Shown: piece by piece, positions 1 to 13,482 of the stretch | Layout of the letters: the number at the start of each line of letters is the position of its first letter | How positions within the stretch are numbered: the first letter of the stretch is position 1 | Source: Octopus sinensis | Taxonomy: Eukaryota | DNA: 64,000 bases | Direction of reading: 5' to 3' | NCBI RefSeq assembly: GCF_006345805.1 | Contig: NC_042997.1 | Span: 372,001-436,000, forward strand | Notes under the pieces: model-generated | Told to the model about the DNA's origin: nothing | The model's database searches: none | What the model saw: only the letters and a program-made list of their open reading frames with translations | Made by a program: the position numbers and the translations under genes

Positions 1-1146
1 GTGTCTTACTGCTTCAATGGTACGTAGAGAACAATGCTGATATTCGTCCAGAAGGAACATTCAATCAGGTGTGTCTGTGTATTGTGTATGTGTGTATTTA
101 TGCATGTGGATATATACTTGAATACATATATAAATATCAAAAGAAGCAAAAGATGTATCCAGAGGTAATGCAGTACGATCGTTTCAAGCAACTCCATTAG
201 ATATACAAATATATATATATAAATATATATATATATACATATATATATACATATATATATATACATATATATATACATATATATACATATATATAATATA
301 TAAATATATGCATATATACATACATATATATACATACCTATATATATATGTATATATACATGCTTATTATTTAATTCAATGCCAGGCATCCATTCCCAAG
401 TAAGTTTACCTTAACCTATTTGATGCAACTCTACTGTATACTGTTTCCTTCCCTATCTTCTCTAATTCCCCCTTTTTCCCCTCACCGTACTCTATTTTCA
501 TCTCTTTTCCCCTTTCTCTTTTTTCTGTCTCGTTGTTCACACGTGACCATCCTCCATCTTTTATTTCGTCACCTGTCCATCTTTCTTTCTTGCACAGATT
601 TTCTTAGGACTGGACGTCTCCTATCTCTCAGTTCTATTTTTTCTCTTTTCAAAGAAAATATTTCTCTCAACGTTCACTATTTTCGTTCTTGTTCAGGTCT
701 AACGATCGTCCATGATTGTTTCCGTTCGGTTTCTCTATATATCTCCACTGTACGGTTTTGGCTCTAACTTTGACGCTCCATAAATCTAAAATTTTATTTT
801 GTGATTTATAGGAGCAACTGTCTTCGAATACACATATTGTCGTTGATTGCTTGAAATTGGGAGTACATAGACAGTCTACAACTGATGAAGGGTCATTCTT
901 TGTATTACTTAACCCTTTTTCTTCCGATATTTGTGTATTTCACTCATTTGTTTTCGTATTTCATGTTGTTTACTGTTGGTGACGTTCTGTACCCATATAT
1001 GCATATATATATATATAATAAAAACTTACTTGGAGAAATAAGAAAGTGACTCCAGGCGTTCAATCATATAATAACAATTTAACAAATAAAACATATGCAT
1101 ACATACATATATGTACATACCAAAATCTATATGTATATATACATGC

Positions 1147-1177
<31 letters not shown>

Positions 1178-1191
1178 ATATATATATATGC

Positions 1192-1223
<32 letters not shown>

Positions 1224-1410
1224 ACATATATATGTAGGTATGTACATATAGGTATGTATGTATGCATATGTTTTATTTGTTAAATTGTTATTATATATAT
1301 ATATATATATACATATGTATACATATATATGTGTATGTATATATATATATATATATTATATATATATATGTGCATATGCATATACATACATACACACACA
1401 CACACACACG

Positions 1411-1442
<32 letters not shown>

Positions 1443-1889
1443 ATATATATATATATTATATATATATACATATCCACACACACATTCACACACACATATA
1501 AATGATAAAATAAATTTACGATCTGTTGGATCCTCTGGGCTGGAAGCGAGATGGGAAAGTCAACATTCGTTATATAGAATTCGCGTGAAAAATTGTAAAT
1601 GTTAAATTTTACTCTTAGTTGACCTAAAGAAAACTGTTTGTTAATGATGATATTCTTTTGTTCAACAATGTCTGTAACAGTGGTAGGGAACCTCATCCCA
1701 TGTGTTACGCGCACACCCACACACGCATCATTCCAATTATCTGTAAGTCGGAGCTTTTTGTATGCAAACATATATATATATTTATATATTTGCATTTTTT
1801 GTATTTATTGTATCAAACATACCTTGTATTTACTCCTCTACACTACGAGGTGTATTATATGCAGAGAATATCCATGAACTATATATATT

Positions 1890-2061
1890 GGAGTGGCTGT
1901 GTGGTAAATTGCTTACCATGCACATAGTTCTGGGTTCATTCCCGCTGCGTAGCACTTTGGGTAAGTGTCTTCTACTATAGGCTCGGGCCGACCAAATCCT
2001 TGTGAGTGGATTTGGTAGATGGAAACTGAAAGAAGCCCGTCGTATATATGTATATATATAT

Positions 2062-2144
<83 letters not shown>

Positions 2145-2352
2145 TTGTGTGTCTGCGTTTGTCCCCCCACATCACTTGACAACCGATGGTGGTGTGTTTA
2201 CGTGCCCATAACTTAGCGGTTCTGCCCAAGAGACCGATAGAATAAGTACTGGTCTTAAAAAGAATAAGTCCTTGGGTCGATTTGCTCGACTAATGGTGGT
2301 ACTCCAGCATGGCCACAGTCAAATGACTGAAACAAGTAAAAAAGTAAATGAG
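1890..2352 (+). mobile_element. tRNA-derived SINE, full length, with internal (TA)n(GT)n tract
   Basis: The head has A/B-box-like motifs (TGGCTGTGTGGTAA; GGGTTCATTCCC), followed by an internal microsatellite. The 3' tail CCAGCATGGCCACAGTCAAATGACTGAAACAAGTAAAA recurs, mostly in reverse orientation, at 6.7, 29.9 and 60.55 kb. Confidence 0.85.
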
Positions 2353-2364
2353 TATATACATATT

Positions 2365-2530
2365 TATATATTTGTGCAATGAGATACTTTGAGACTTCGT
2401 CTACCAAATCCACTCGCAATGTTTTGGTTGGCCCGATGCTATAATTGAAGATATATCTCCAGGATATCACGGTGTGGTACTGAACTCGGAACCATGTGGT
2501 TGCAAAGCAATTTTCTTACCATATAACCAA
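2365..2530 (-). mobile_element. SINE 5' head fragment (same family as 1890-2352)
   Basis: Reverse-complement similarity to the head at 1890-2040 (ctaccaaatccactc...gaactcggaaccatgtggttg...cttaccat). Confidence 0.7.
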
Positions 2531-4489
2531 AAATACACTTGTAGTATATTTATATTTAGTGAAAACTAGTAAATGCTAATTAGAGTATTTTCCTACTGAC
2601 AGGGATTATTAAAGATGATGTTTAATGAAAAGAAAGACCTATAAAGAATTTATGATGTTCCCAAAACCAAGTTAATATCTTTCTGCCTACTGTCCTCTAT
2701 ATTGCGTAGCATGGTGCACACGTCCTAGAAGGACTGTCATGAGAACCCTCTCCATTTCACGTCAATGCGAACATATTTTGCTCATCTCCCATTGTTTCGG
2801 CATAATTATTCACCAGCACAGCATATTTCCATCTCTTCTTTTCCTTGCCTCATAAATACAACATAAATACAGAGATATATGATTTAGAGTATCTGAACAT
2901 TAGGTACTTAACTACAGGATTTTATTTATTGATTGCCGACTACGTGGCAGTCCATTATCGATATAATTCAAAATTATAAAGTAAAGTTAACTGTGCGGAA
3001 ACTGGAATAGAAATATGAAAACGAAAATACGATGCTGGAATTTAACTATCATTTTTACGCATTTAGTATAGATGTTTTTCAATCCAGAGCATACGTAAAT
3101 AGGGAAGCGTCGTTGTATGTGTGAAATATAATGGGTGTATGTTTGTGTGTGTGTGTAGTGTGTGTGTGTGTAGTGTGTGTGTGTGTGTGTATGTGTGTCT
3201 TTGTATGTGTGTATGTGTGTTTAGGTGATTGCTTGTGTTTCGTGTTCATGCAAATTAAAATGATCACGGACAAGAAACAACATTAGATTGATAATAGCCA
3301 CAAGATAGATGACTCGAAATATGAATGACAGGAAGAGGACGATATCGATATAAAGAGCTATATCATATACATGAATAGCTGTTGGGAAGAGAGCTATCAT
3401 CAAAGGGAGATAGAACAGAAGACAGAATGAAAAAATAAGACAGAGGGAGACTGCACCAACAATTCTCTGGATTGACTCAAAGTCTCAAAAAAAGAAGGAA
3501 AATACATGTGTTATTTATTGAGAATTTAGATGCCATTCAACTGTCATATAAGACTTGTTAATGTGCAGTGAATTTATCACAAATAATTATGTGGTTTCTT
3601 GTTTTGGTAGTGGTTCTGTTTTATTATATATTTGACTTTGTTTCTAAGTGATGGGAGAAATTATTGTTATATTATGTTGAAAAACACAGCAAATAGAAGT
3701 AATGATTGGCTGTGCTATCTGTGCATTACAGATAATATGAATATATCTACACACATACATGTGTGTATGAGCTGATGCTTACATATACACACATTACAAT
3801 TACCACCATATATGTGCATGTATGTATGTATATACGTATGTATGTATACATTCTCTTTGATTTATCATTGCCTCGCATCGCATTCTGAGTGAAATAGAAT
3901 GGATTGTATCGACAATACAAAGGGACAGCACCGTCGGAGGATGTGTCTCAATCTGCTCAGAAAATTCTATTTCCATAGTTTTCAAATGGAAGGGAGATTT
4001 TCCTTTTTCTGTCTGTCCCTGTCTCTCGCTTTTACTCGTGTGATATCTTGGTAGCAGGTAGTAGGTAGTAGTAGTCCTAATATGAGTTCTTGGTTTGACT
4101 GTTTAAGCAGCAGCAGTAGTTGCTGAGAAAGGAGGTGACGACGACGAAGAAGAAGAAGAAGAAGGAGGGGGAAATGAAGAAGAAGAAGAACAAGAAGAAG
4201 GAGTTGGAAAAGAAGGGAAAGAATAAGAAAATCCGGGAGTGGTATGACAGTAGTAAGATGTTGGTGGAATCCTCTTAAATGGTTAAGTGACCTAAAAATG
4301 ATCTGTTGTGGTTGTTATGGTAGTGATTGGAATTGCTCTGAATAAATTCATGAGTAGTGACTATTTTGTACATATCGTTATTAATACTTGCGTGGGAATT
4401 ATTCTAAAGCCCTTGTAATAGTGTCATTTGTGGTGGACGCATTCAAAAGGGGTTTATATTTTTCTGATAAAATATAACACTTTACAGAT

Positions 4490-5720
4490 GCGCTGACTAC
4501 ATGTTGCATCGTACCTGAATCTATAGAGGGGAAAAATTCAATTCTAGCTCGAAAATTACTCGAATCAACACCCACATCGCATCAAAAATTAATTCGTAAT
4601 AGAAGGGCTAAAATCCTCTTGGAGAATAACTACTTTCTCTTCAAATCAACTTCTACCGACAAAAATCGGGAAATCCGATGGATACTAGAATGGGCCCCTC
4701 CTTTGCTAACCTAATCATGGGATATCTAGTAATCAGTCTTTATCGTAAGGTACTGGAAAAATACGGCACCCACACTCACTCTACATAGAAAATAACTGGG
4801 AGAGATGTCTAGATGATTGTTTCATTCTTTTGGCATGAAAGTATAGAGAGACCTAAAGATTTCAAGCTCTTACGAATGGACGTGACGTAAATATTCAATT
4901 CATGATGGAATACAGCCATCAATAACTTCGATTCCTCGACATCGCACTTAAGAAATCTAACAACGAAATAGAAACAGATATATACAATAGTTTCTAATAC
5001 AAGAACCAGGGACACATGACTACATGAATTAAGTATACATTCATCACCAGGAGCTACCCACCATCCCTAATTGTGATATGCTTTCAACGTGGCCTACAAC
5101 TCAACACCCACGAACTCAGTCATCCCAAATTAAAGAGGGATTTGCAAGCAAAAGTCGTACCATACATCTCCACACAAAACCCTTTTAGAAATGAAGCTTT
5201 CAACACCATCCTCCAAAACATTCCTACTGAAAATGGAACAAAGAATGAATTTAATCCTCCAAACGCACACCATCATAAAAAGCAAATTTATGAAAGGTCT
5301 CCCAACACAAGTCCAAGTACACTCGGCAACAACACTGAAACCGTCAGTAAAAGAATGCGGAAGGCCTAACTGGGGTATATTCGTCGATCTAATCGAGGGA
5401 TCGGCGTTTTCTTTCAAACAGGGTCAACGTTTTACAATGAAAAACAAGTTCACATGTGATTCGGAGAACCTAATATATGTATTAACTTGCTCTGGAAGTA
5501 GGGAGCAATACATAAGCCAAACCAAAAACAGACTACGTCAAAGGTTGGCTCTATATAGCTCCCAGATGAAAAATTCAGGAACACAGAAAAATAGCATTAA
5601 GTGAACACATCGACATATGCGCCACTAACAAACAACCCAGCTTCAGAATGTTTTCCCTCTAACAATTCAGGGACGATGTTGAAGAATGGACAACTATTCC
5701 TTTGGAAACAATTCAAACGT
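4490..5720 (+). mobile_element. Penelope-like element remnant (RT + GIY-YIG endonuclease)
   Basis: Fragmented translation gives MGPSFANLIMGY, WERCLDDCFILW and FLDIALKK..IETDIY (PLE RT motifs). ORF 5191-5604 ends in FTCDSENLIYVLTCSGSREQYISQTKNRLRQR (GIY-YIG). Stops and frameshifts throughout. Confidence 0.8.
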
Positions 5721-5729
5721 TCTACGAGT

Positions 5730-5836
5730 CCATACCTCGTAGAATAAAAGCTGTAACTATTGCCAAAGGCAGTCCTACTCTGTATTAAAGATAAATTTGT
5801 TTGAAACTTTAAGGTGTTTCCATTATTTTGTCCAAC

Positions 5837-5838
<2 letters not shown>
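5730..5838 (+). mobile_element. Tc1-like transposon 3' end fragment
   Basis: Translates to SIPRRIKAVTIAKGSPTLY*, a typical Tc1 transposase C-terminus. It is followed by the TIR-like end gtttccattattttgtccaacccct abutting (TA)n. Confidence 0.7.
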
Positions 5839-5885
<47 letters not shown>

Positions 5886-5989
5886 ATATATACATGTATG
5901 TATGTATGTATGTATGCCCGTGATGAAGAGTACTAGTCAGTATTGTTCTACTGTTCTGACCTATCAACAGAATTCATATTTTTTCCGTT

Positions 5990-6634
5990 CAAATTATTTT
6001 GAAGACTGTGGAGTAAACGATAATCCGATGGGAGTAATATCCGGCGAATATGGGGGGGGGGGGGGGGGTGTCATCGCTCCCCATTCAAACTGTTTCAGCC
6101 TTTGGAATGTCATCCTCGCTGCATGTGGTGCATTATACTGATGGAAGAGTCCTTTCATCTTGAAACCAATGATAGCCGCTTTTCTTTTAGTGCAAGTGTC
6201 GATGAATGGTGGAATGACCAAATCCAAGCTTCTCTGATAGTTTCTCAACAGTTACAATGGGATTTTGTTCCCATTTTTTTGATTGGCGTCCTCTTTGATC
6301 CTAACAGATCTTCCAGGATGAGCGCGTCTTCTAGGCTGTAGTTTCCAGCTCGGAATTTCTGGAACCATCATTCACATTGGTTTACGCTTATTGTCCGATC
6401 CCCATAAACTGCATAAATATTCTTTGCACTTTCCATTGTATTGTTTCCTTTATTGAACTCATAAAGCAAAATATGCCGAATTTGCTCTTTTGTCTCTTCC
6501 ATTATAGCTTTGAAAAAATAACTGTTAAAACTGAACTGCTCTCTTCAAAACTTCCACTTAAAATAAACGACAGTAAAATTACTACCTGCATTTATAGCAA
6601 GTTCATGCATTTAGTTCATCTTGTCAAACTCGAT
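5990..6634 (-). mobile_element. mariner (DD34D-type) remnant, internally deleted
   Basis: The N-terminal HTH region reads MEETKEQIRHILLYEFNKGNN..SAKNIYAVYGDRTIS..WFQKFRAGNYSLED. ORF 5994-6248 has FHQYNAPHAARMT...PYSPDITP, matching the HQDNARPH and HPPYSPDLAP motifs. Ends not resolved. Confidence 0.8.
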
Positions 6635-6659
6635 ATATATAAGAGTAAAAGAGTATACA

Positions 6660-6909
6660 TATATATATATATATATATATATATGTATAATCTTTTACTC
6701 TTTTACTTGCTTCAGTCATTTGACTGCGGCCATGCTGGAGCACTGCCCTTAGTCGAGCAAATCGACCCCGAGACTTATTCTTTGTAAGTCCAGTACTTAT
6801 TCTATCGGTCTCTTTTGCTGAACCGCTAAGTGACGGGGACGTAAACACACAAGCATCGGTTGTCAAGCAATGCTAGGGGGACAAACACAGACACACAAAT
6901 ACACACACG

Positions 6910-6943
<34 letters not shown>

Positions 6944-6960
6944 CATATATACGACGAGAG
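6660..6960 (-). mobile_element. SINE body/tail (family of 1890-2352)
   Basis: Reverse complement of the tail: ttttacttgcttcagtcatttgactgcggccatgctggagcac...gaaccgctaagt. Confidence 0.85.
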
Positions 6961-6961
6961 G

Positions 6962-7025
<64 letters not shown>

Positions 7026-8129
7026 TATGCACACGTTTCGTCAAATATACTTAGAAATAATGTAGATGTATGCATATTGATGCACATGTATGAATGGAAT
7101 CTACAGATATGTTCATGCATAAGCATATTGATATATACACATAACTGAATGAATAAGCAGCGCATATTTCATTGGTACCACATTCTCTTTATAAACGATA
7201 TATATTTATAAAAGAGATCCCTTCATTTTCCCTCTTGTTTAAATGTTCCTCTCAAAAATTCATGACTTTTTTTTGTCATTATAATTCGGTATTCGCAAAC
7301 AAATTTCTTCTTATTAACAGTTTCAACTGTTTAATACAAATTTCTAATGCACCAATGGATGTGTCTCCCTGTTCTTATTGTCTTTTGTGGATGTAGAGTT
7401 CTGCTTGTATACTCACTTTTTCTTAGTTCCAAAATTAGTCTGTTGTTTCATGTGTTATCTTAGTTCTCCTTACGCTAACTTCAGTATGTGCGACTTGAGT
7501 TGTGCTATTTTGTTGAGGAAAGGTATTATTTTATATATACTGTCTAGTGGAGGCTGTGTTGAATATGTACAGGGCAGATAATGTTGCGTCAGTGGATAAA
7601 AATTACGTAGAATGTGAATTGTGTAAGATGTTGGTTATACAGTGTCGAGTATAGATTGTGAATGAATGTCTTGTTTTGTTTTCTCAAATGGTGGCTGCGT
7701 AACGTTTCCGTAGGTTCTGTTGTGCGAATTCTGTTATTTTATTAGGTAAATATTGTGATGGCTGTGGATTATGCTCAGTGAACGTACTGATTCAGTTATG
7801 ACGAAACTAAAAATGTGTCTCGTAGGTTTTGGGCTGTACGTCGTTAGGTTATATCTTGGACTATGGCATAATGAAACTAGAAAGAACAAGATGTAATTAT
7901 CTCAGAAAAACTACTGCCAATAATAATGACACCACAAAGAATGATAAACAACAACAACAAATACAAACCATATTAGGGCTCATTGTGTTAGTCACTGTGG
8001 AAACTGAAGCCTAGTGAGTTACGGTCCAAATCCTATGAAGGACACTGTCAATTCTATATCAGTTGTTAATGTGAAAGTGGAGAAAGATATGGAAATTAAT
8101 GGTTTCAATTTCTGGAACTGGATCAACAG

Positions 8130-8312
8130 CTTTTGAGGGGTGGGGTAAGTTGATTACATCAACCTCTCTACTTGACTGGTACTTATTTTATTGTCCCTGA
8201 AAGAATGAACGCTAAAGTCGACTACGGAATTTGAAATCAGAACATAGAGATGGGCGAAATGTGCTATTATTACATCCGGCGTGCTAAAGGCTCTACCAAC
8301 TGATCGCCTTAA
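8130..8312 (-). mobile_element. tRNA-derived SINE (second family)
   Basis: Reverse-complement similarity to the SINE at 8926-9129 (aaagtcgact..ggaatttgaaatcagaac). Confidence 0.7.
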
Positions 8313-8339
8313 AACTTACGTAAAGTAATAAAATACATT

Positions 8340-9420
8340 TCTGAGTTCTTGATAATATCAACGACGAAAAGGTACCATTCAAATTAAGAAAGAATAGGAA
8401 GTGCTAAAGAAATATAACACAACAAAAAAAGATCCTGAAGATATTAAAGAGTGCTTAAAATTCAATAATACAGTTAAACTAAATATACTCAGTTGTTATG
8501 AAAAGCATAGCAGATCTTTAAATAGGAAAACAGCGCATTTATCAAAAACTAAGCGAAAAAACCTCGGATTCAATGCAGCAAAGAAATAAATGTTAAGTAC
8601 GTTACTAAAAATCAGTGATCTCTACAAATCTACAGAACCAAAAGTTCCTAGAATTTCAAAGCATAGGACACTAACTGAAGTACTAACCTTGTGCCTATAT
8701 TTAGCAGCACATAATAAATTTGTAAGTGGACAAGAATATACACCCGAATGGCTGCCGAAGGAGAAAAATATTAATTCGCCAGAAAATAAAGTTGAAAGAC
8801 AAAAAGAAAGAAAAAAAAAAGAGAAAATAGGAGGCACCAGAAATTTCAGCTGTATTTCATATTTGTTATTTATCATAGAGATTTCTTTCATCCATATCTA
8901 CAACATATTTTCATACTTAACCGGATGGCGGCGAGCTGGCAGAAACGTTAGCACGCCCGCGAAGTTCGTAGCCGTATTTCGTCTATCGTTACGTTCCGAG
9001 TTCACATTCCGCCGAGGTCGACTTTGCCTTTCATCCTTTCGGTGTCGATGTAATCGACTTAATCTCTTTGTCTGTCCTTGTTTGTCCCCCTCTGTGTCTA
9101 GCCCCTTATGGGTAGTAAAGAAATATATTTTTTCATACTTAACCGGAGACATAATATTTTACCAGAAAAGCAAAACGGGTGAAGAAAAGGAATGAACGGC
9201 AGTAATAAGCGCCTGCTGCTGAACTGAGCTTTTATGAAACATGGGAAAACGAAGAAGACCGATCTTATCGTGATATAGATTGAATACCAAAAGGCATTTA
9301 GATTGTGCTGCATACTTAGACCAATCCTTAGATCAGCTCCAATAATAACATGTTATATCATCAGAGCCATTGAAAATAAAAAAATACAACCATGTAATAA
9401 CAGAACAAAAGAAAATAATT
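8340..9420 (+). mobile_element. Degenerate Dong/R4-type LINE remnant, interrupted by a SINE
   Basis: KKYNTTKKDPEDIKECLK...YEKHSRS, TPEWLPKEKNINSPEN, EKQNG*RKGMNGSNKRLLLN and IEYQKAF align in order with the better preserved element at 18.8-22.8 kb (KKYNMK...YEKRIRS, PPWL...LPKSEETNEPKN, EQKGCKR..KDQLLIN, IDYKKAF). Confidence 0.65.
8926..9129 (+). mobile_element. tRNA-derived SINE with 18-bp TSD
   Basis: The head TGGCGGCGAGCTGGCAGAA...GTTCCGAGTTCACATTCC is flanked by the direct repeat TTTTCATACTTAACCGGA at 8908-8925 and 9130-9147. Confidence 0.9.
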
Positions 9421-12030
9421 TTTACCCCATTCTCGACCTATAAAGATTAGGTGTCTTTTTACTAAATCTAAAGAATACCATTACAAGATGCATAAACGCA
9501 CCATATTTATAGTGAAGCGGTCTAATAGTCTGCCTATAATATTAGCGTTTTTTATAAATATGCACCAATGTTCGAGGTAGCCGGTCTTTATAAAAAACAG
9601 CACTTTTATCCTGTTGTATGAGCCATGAGACACCAGTAGTTAAAGATACATTAAATCAGTGACTATATTTCTGAAACATTCGATTTTCTATTTTTTCTGT
9701 TCAATATATATTTAATTTCATTTCACTCACTGTGTGTTTCAAATTGAATTTTCGTTTTCAATTTCCGATTTGAAAATTCATTTCTTGTCACTGCAGTATA
9801 CATTTCCACTTCTATAGTTTACATTAGTGTCAAGAGCAATTCAAATACTTCACATGCACATGCGTGTTACTGATGGTATTGTGTACAGAAAGAAGTTGAA
9901 TTTGTACAAATATACCTCGACTCTGACCGTTTCTATCGTGTTAATATCCCAGTAGTTTATTGTTGAAGATGTGTCCGGCACCTATGCAGAATGTAGAAAG
10001 ATAACCTGTATATTTGAAGAAACAAAGTCTTCAAAATATTCTCTGTACAATTTCAATGTCTATTTCACAGAAATTCATTCTTTAAATAGCTCTTACACCA
10101 TTCTTATCTTTTCAATGCAAAAGAATGTGGTGTTGAATTAGAACCAATGCCTGATTTGCCAGGAAGACATTTGTTAGAATTTAAAACGACCCTTTTAGAT
10201 TGTGGGGTGTATGTCATTCATTACCAATATAAAAAAGTTCTGCGAAAAGGTTTCTGTATCCAGGAACTCTTGTTTGGTAGCGAGGAAACTTGATAATTTT
10301 CCGTTTAACCCTTCTTCCTTGCACAGAGGTTGACATTTGAAATTTACGTGTACGATGTTAGTAAAAGCAAAAGAGATAGTGTAACCCGGTGACTAAGAGA
10401 GAAGCATCACTAAATGCAAAGCATTGATTGTTTAAATGTGATTCAGCTGCGACAAATGAAATATGGAAATTGTTCTTTATGAAATTTCAATATTTCATGC
10501 AGATAAATGTTCATAGAATTAAAAACTACTCATTTTTTAATTCGAGCTTTTGGAATCGATCTAATTGAAACAGGAACTAAATACTATTTAACATATTCGG
10601 TAAAACTGATAGCACATTAATATATTTACGAAAAAGATTTGATCTTGTCTCGTGAATTTGGTTATAATGCAAAACTTGTGAACAATATCAAGCGCATCGT
10701 AAAATTGCCGAGAACCATTTTCAATATCTAGCATACAAATAAGATAAGAGTCATGGAAAAGACTCTGTAGCCTCAATTACTCTTCTACCTAGCTCAGACT
10801 CCATTATCAAGTGTGATGGATGGAACCATCAGTTACCGTAAGTACTAAGGAGATCTTAGAACAATCATCTCTAAATTAATTACAAGTGACAACACACCGC
10901 TGGAGAAATAAATTAATATCGTTCAAGAATTCAGAAGGAAAATATAAGAATGATTATATTATTAGAAAAAAATTGCCAATGTAACTATGAAAATATGTAA
11001 ATGGACACATTAATTTGCAGACAACGAACCAATATTACAGATAGTTTAGAGTAGAGGATAGTGATAACAATGGAGCCCAATTGTTCCATTGATAAAATAG
11101 TTTAAATATTAAGAGTTGGAAGTTAAGTGAAGAGCTGAGAGAAAAACACGATTCGACTTACATAGTTCTAAAGCTTTCCTGAAAAAATTACTTAAAGGGT
11201 ATTCCTAACCAGCATAAATGCTGGAGATGTTTGTTACATGTAAAGAAATGCTAAAATTACCAAAAGCAAATAGAAAAAAACAAAAAACAACATCAGTGAG
11301 ACACTATTTTTCTTTATATAGTTCTATATACAAGAAAACGATGAAGTACGAAATAGAAGCTAACGATACCGACATAAAATATTTAGACAAAGACAAAACA
11401 AAAGAAAAACGTTAATAAAGGACGAAATTAAAACGTCATTCTATAACATACTCTCAATAAATAATGAAGGCAAGAAAGACTGCAGCAGTGAATAACAACA
11501 ATGGCAAATAAATTCTGGTGAAAACGTCATGTCTGATTTTAAATGTCATTGTAGAGGACCAATGCTGAGGTAGGTACAAGTATTTATGAGAACAAAAAGA
11601 ATGGTAGACATTAGCATCAATGCACACAATACTCCAGTTTAAATCCGCATGAAACTATGATCATTATAATTACATTTTCCGGAATATTTTCCTGATGATG
11701 GCGATTTTGTTTGTCACAATTCAACTTCATAGAAAATGCTAGAGTGAATGAAATTGCTCAGTAACTTACTAGATTTTGTTGTTATAAAATTTACGGAATC
11801 TAACTTCTTTAAGTTATGATCCTTAAGTCTAGCCAAATATTCTGACGACAGCTGCAGTTCTATGAAGGTTTGTATCAAATGCAGAATATTCATTAAAAAA
11901 TATTAGTCCGGTGTTCAGATATTCCTGCCACTCATCTGCCTTTTATTTCAATATATAAAAATCATTTCCGGGTATTAATATATGTAAATATATATATATA
12001 TATGTATATGTATGTGTGTGTGTGTGTATG

Positions 12031-12070
<40 letters not shown>

Positions 12071-12672
12071 CCTCTCTATGTATATATATTCTTAATTATA
12101 TGAGAGGGTACACGAAGCACCAGCTTGCTAGAGAGTGGAAGTAAAAACCCCAAACTTAACCATTAATCTTATTCAAAGTTTGTAACAGAGTGACAGAAAT
12201 GAGGCAAACGAGGCGAATTTAATATACCTCATCTAAAAACCTGTAGAATAAGGTAATAGATATAGCTGGATTATGACCCACAGTACTTATTTTGAAAGCA
12301 CCATTTTTTTTTACTAAACTGCTAAGTTACGGGGACATAAACACATTAGCACCGGTTGTCATGCGTTTGTGGGATAACACATCGATGCAAAAACATATGC
12401 AACTATCTATCTATCTATTCATTAATCTATCTGTCTGTCTGTCTATTATGTGCCTGTATGTATATATATATATATATTATATATATATATATATATTATA
12501 TATATATATATATATATTTAATAATAATAATATTAATATTAGGGAATAAATCCAAACTTACAGGAAAAAATTAGATTTAGGATCAAATCTAATTTTACAG
12601 TATAAATATATATATTAAATTAGAGATAAAACCACTATTAAGCAAGTCAAAGAGTGAAAAACATAAACCAAA

Positions 12673-12725
<53 letters not shown>

Positions 12726-12729
<4 letters not shown>

Positions 12730-13286
12730 CCTATTTCCGAATTACATTACTTGGCGGTTGGAGTTATGGCTGCTCTGTCTAGTGGACGAATGGCCTGTTA
12801 AGGCCATTCCTAAATTGTTATATATTTACATTTTAGTCTCATGACTATTTTTCTTTTCCACTGGGCCGCTGGTAGTGATAAATTTCTATCGAATTTTTTA
12901 CTACTCTAAATTGATTAAGTGATTATTTTCTGACTAATTCTGAGATTGAATCGGCAGTTTATATTTGCTGCTGATAAGGTTGGCGCGATTGCGCTGGTCT
13001 TCGACAGATATTCCAGAGGCTTCGATGCAGTAGCCTCGTGTATATTTGCCTCTACCAAAGGTTTCTTTACTGACGAAGCGTGACCTATGGTAGATTAGCT
13101 TAATTTAATTTAATTGAGCTGGTCTATCATTAAAAACGCAGAAACGATGCATCGTCTAAAAGATGAATTAGGGTAAACGTTTTTAATTTTTCACCTATTT
13201 CCGAATTACATTACTTGGCGGTTGGAGTTATGGCTGCTCTGTCTAGTGGACGAATGGCCTGTTAAGGCCATTCCAAAATTGCTATA
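12726..13286 (+). mobile_element. Non-coding HHR-bearing repeat unit (PLE pLTR / retrozyme-like), 1.2 tandem units of 464 bp
   Basis: An exact 85-bp direct repeat at 12726-12810 and 13190-13274 has (TA)n on both flanks. There is no recognisable ORF, and an HHR lies inside. Confidence 0.7.
13064..13163 (+). ncRNA. Type I hammerhead ribozyme with extended helix II
   Basis: CTGACGA at 13070-76 and GAAA at 13141-44. Helix III is the palindrome ACGATGCATCGT (13144-55), with GTC triplet at 13154-56. Helix I is TTTA/TAAA. Helix II is GCGT/ACGC plus a 19-bp distal hairpin. Confidence 0.8.
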
Positions 13287-13431
13287 TATATATATATATA
13301 TATATATATAGGACGGAAGATGTGTGTGCATATATGTGATCGACCATTACTTGAGCCCACGTAAGATGATTATTTTCTATATATATATATATATTTTATT
13401 ATTTTTATTTTTATTTCTATTTTTATTATTA

Positions 13432-13482
<51 letters not shown>

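Noticed and set aside
850-920. CTGATGA at ~883 with an upstream GAAA, a possible type II/III hammerhead
   Set aside because: No consistent helix I and helix III could be built, and no GAAA follows the putative helix II.
6-2216. Many ORFs rich in YI/IY/HT/CV repeats here and throughout the window
   Set aside because: They are translations of (TA)n, (CA)n and trinucleotide microsatellites; no domain content.
12781-12820. Hairpin GAATGGCC-TGTTAA-GGCCATTC as a second ribozyme in the 464-bp unit
   Set aside because: The flanks lack CUGAnGA and GAAA in both copies.
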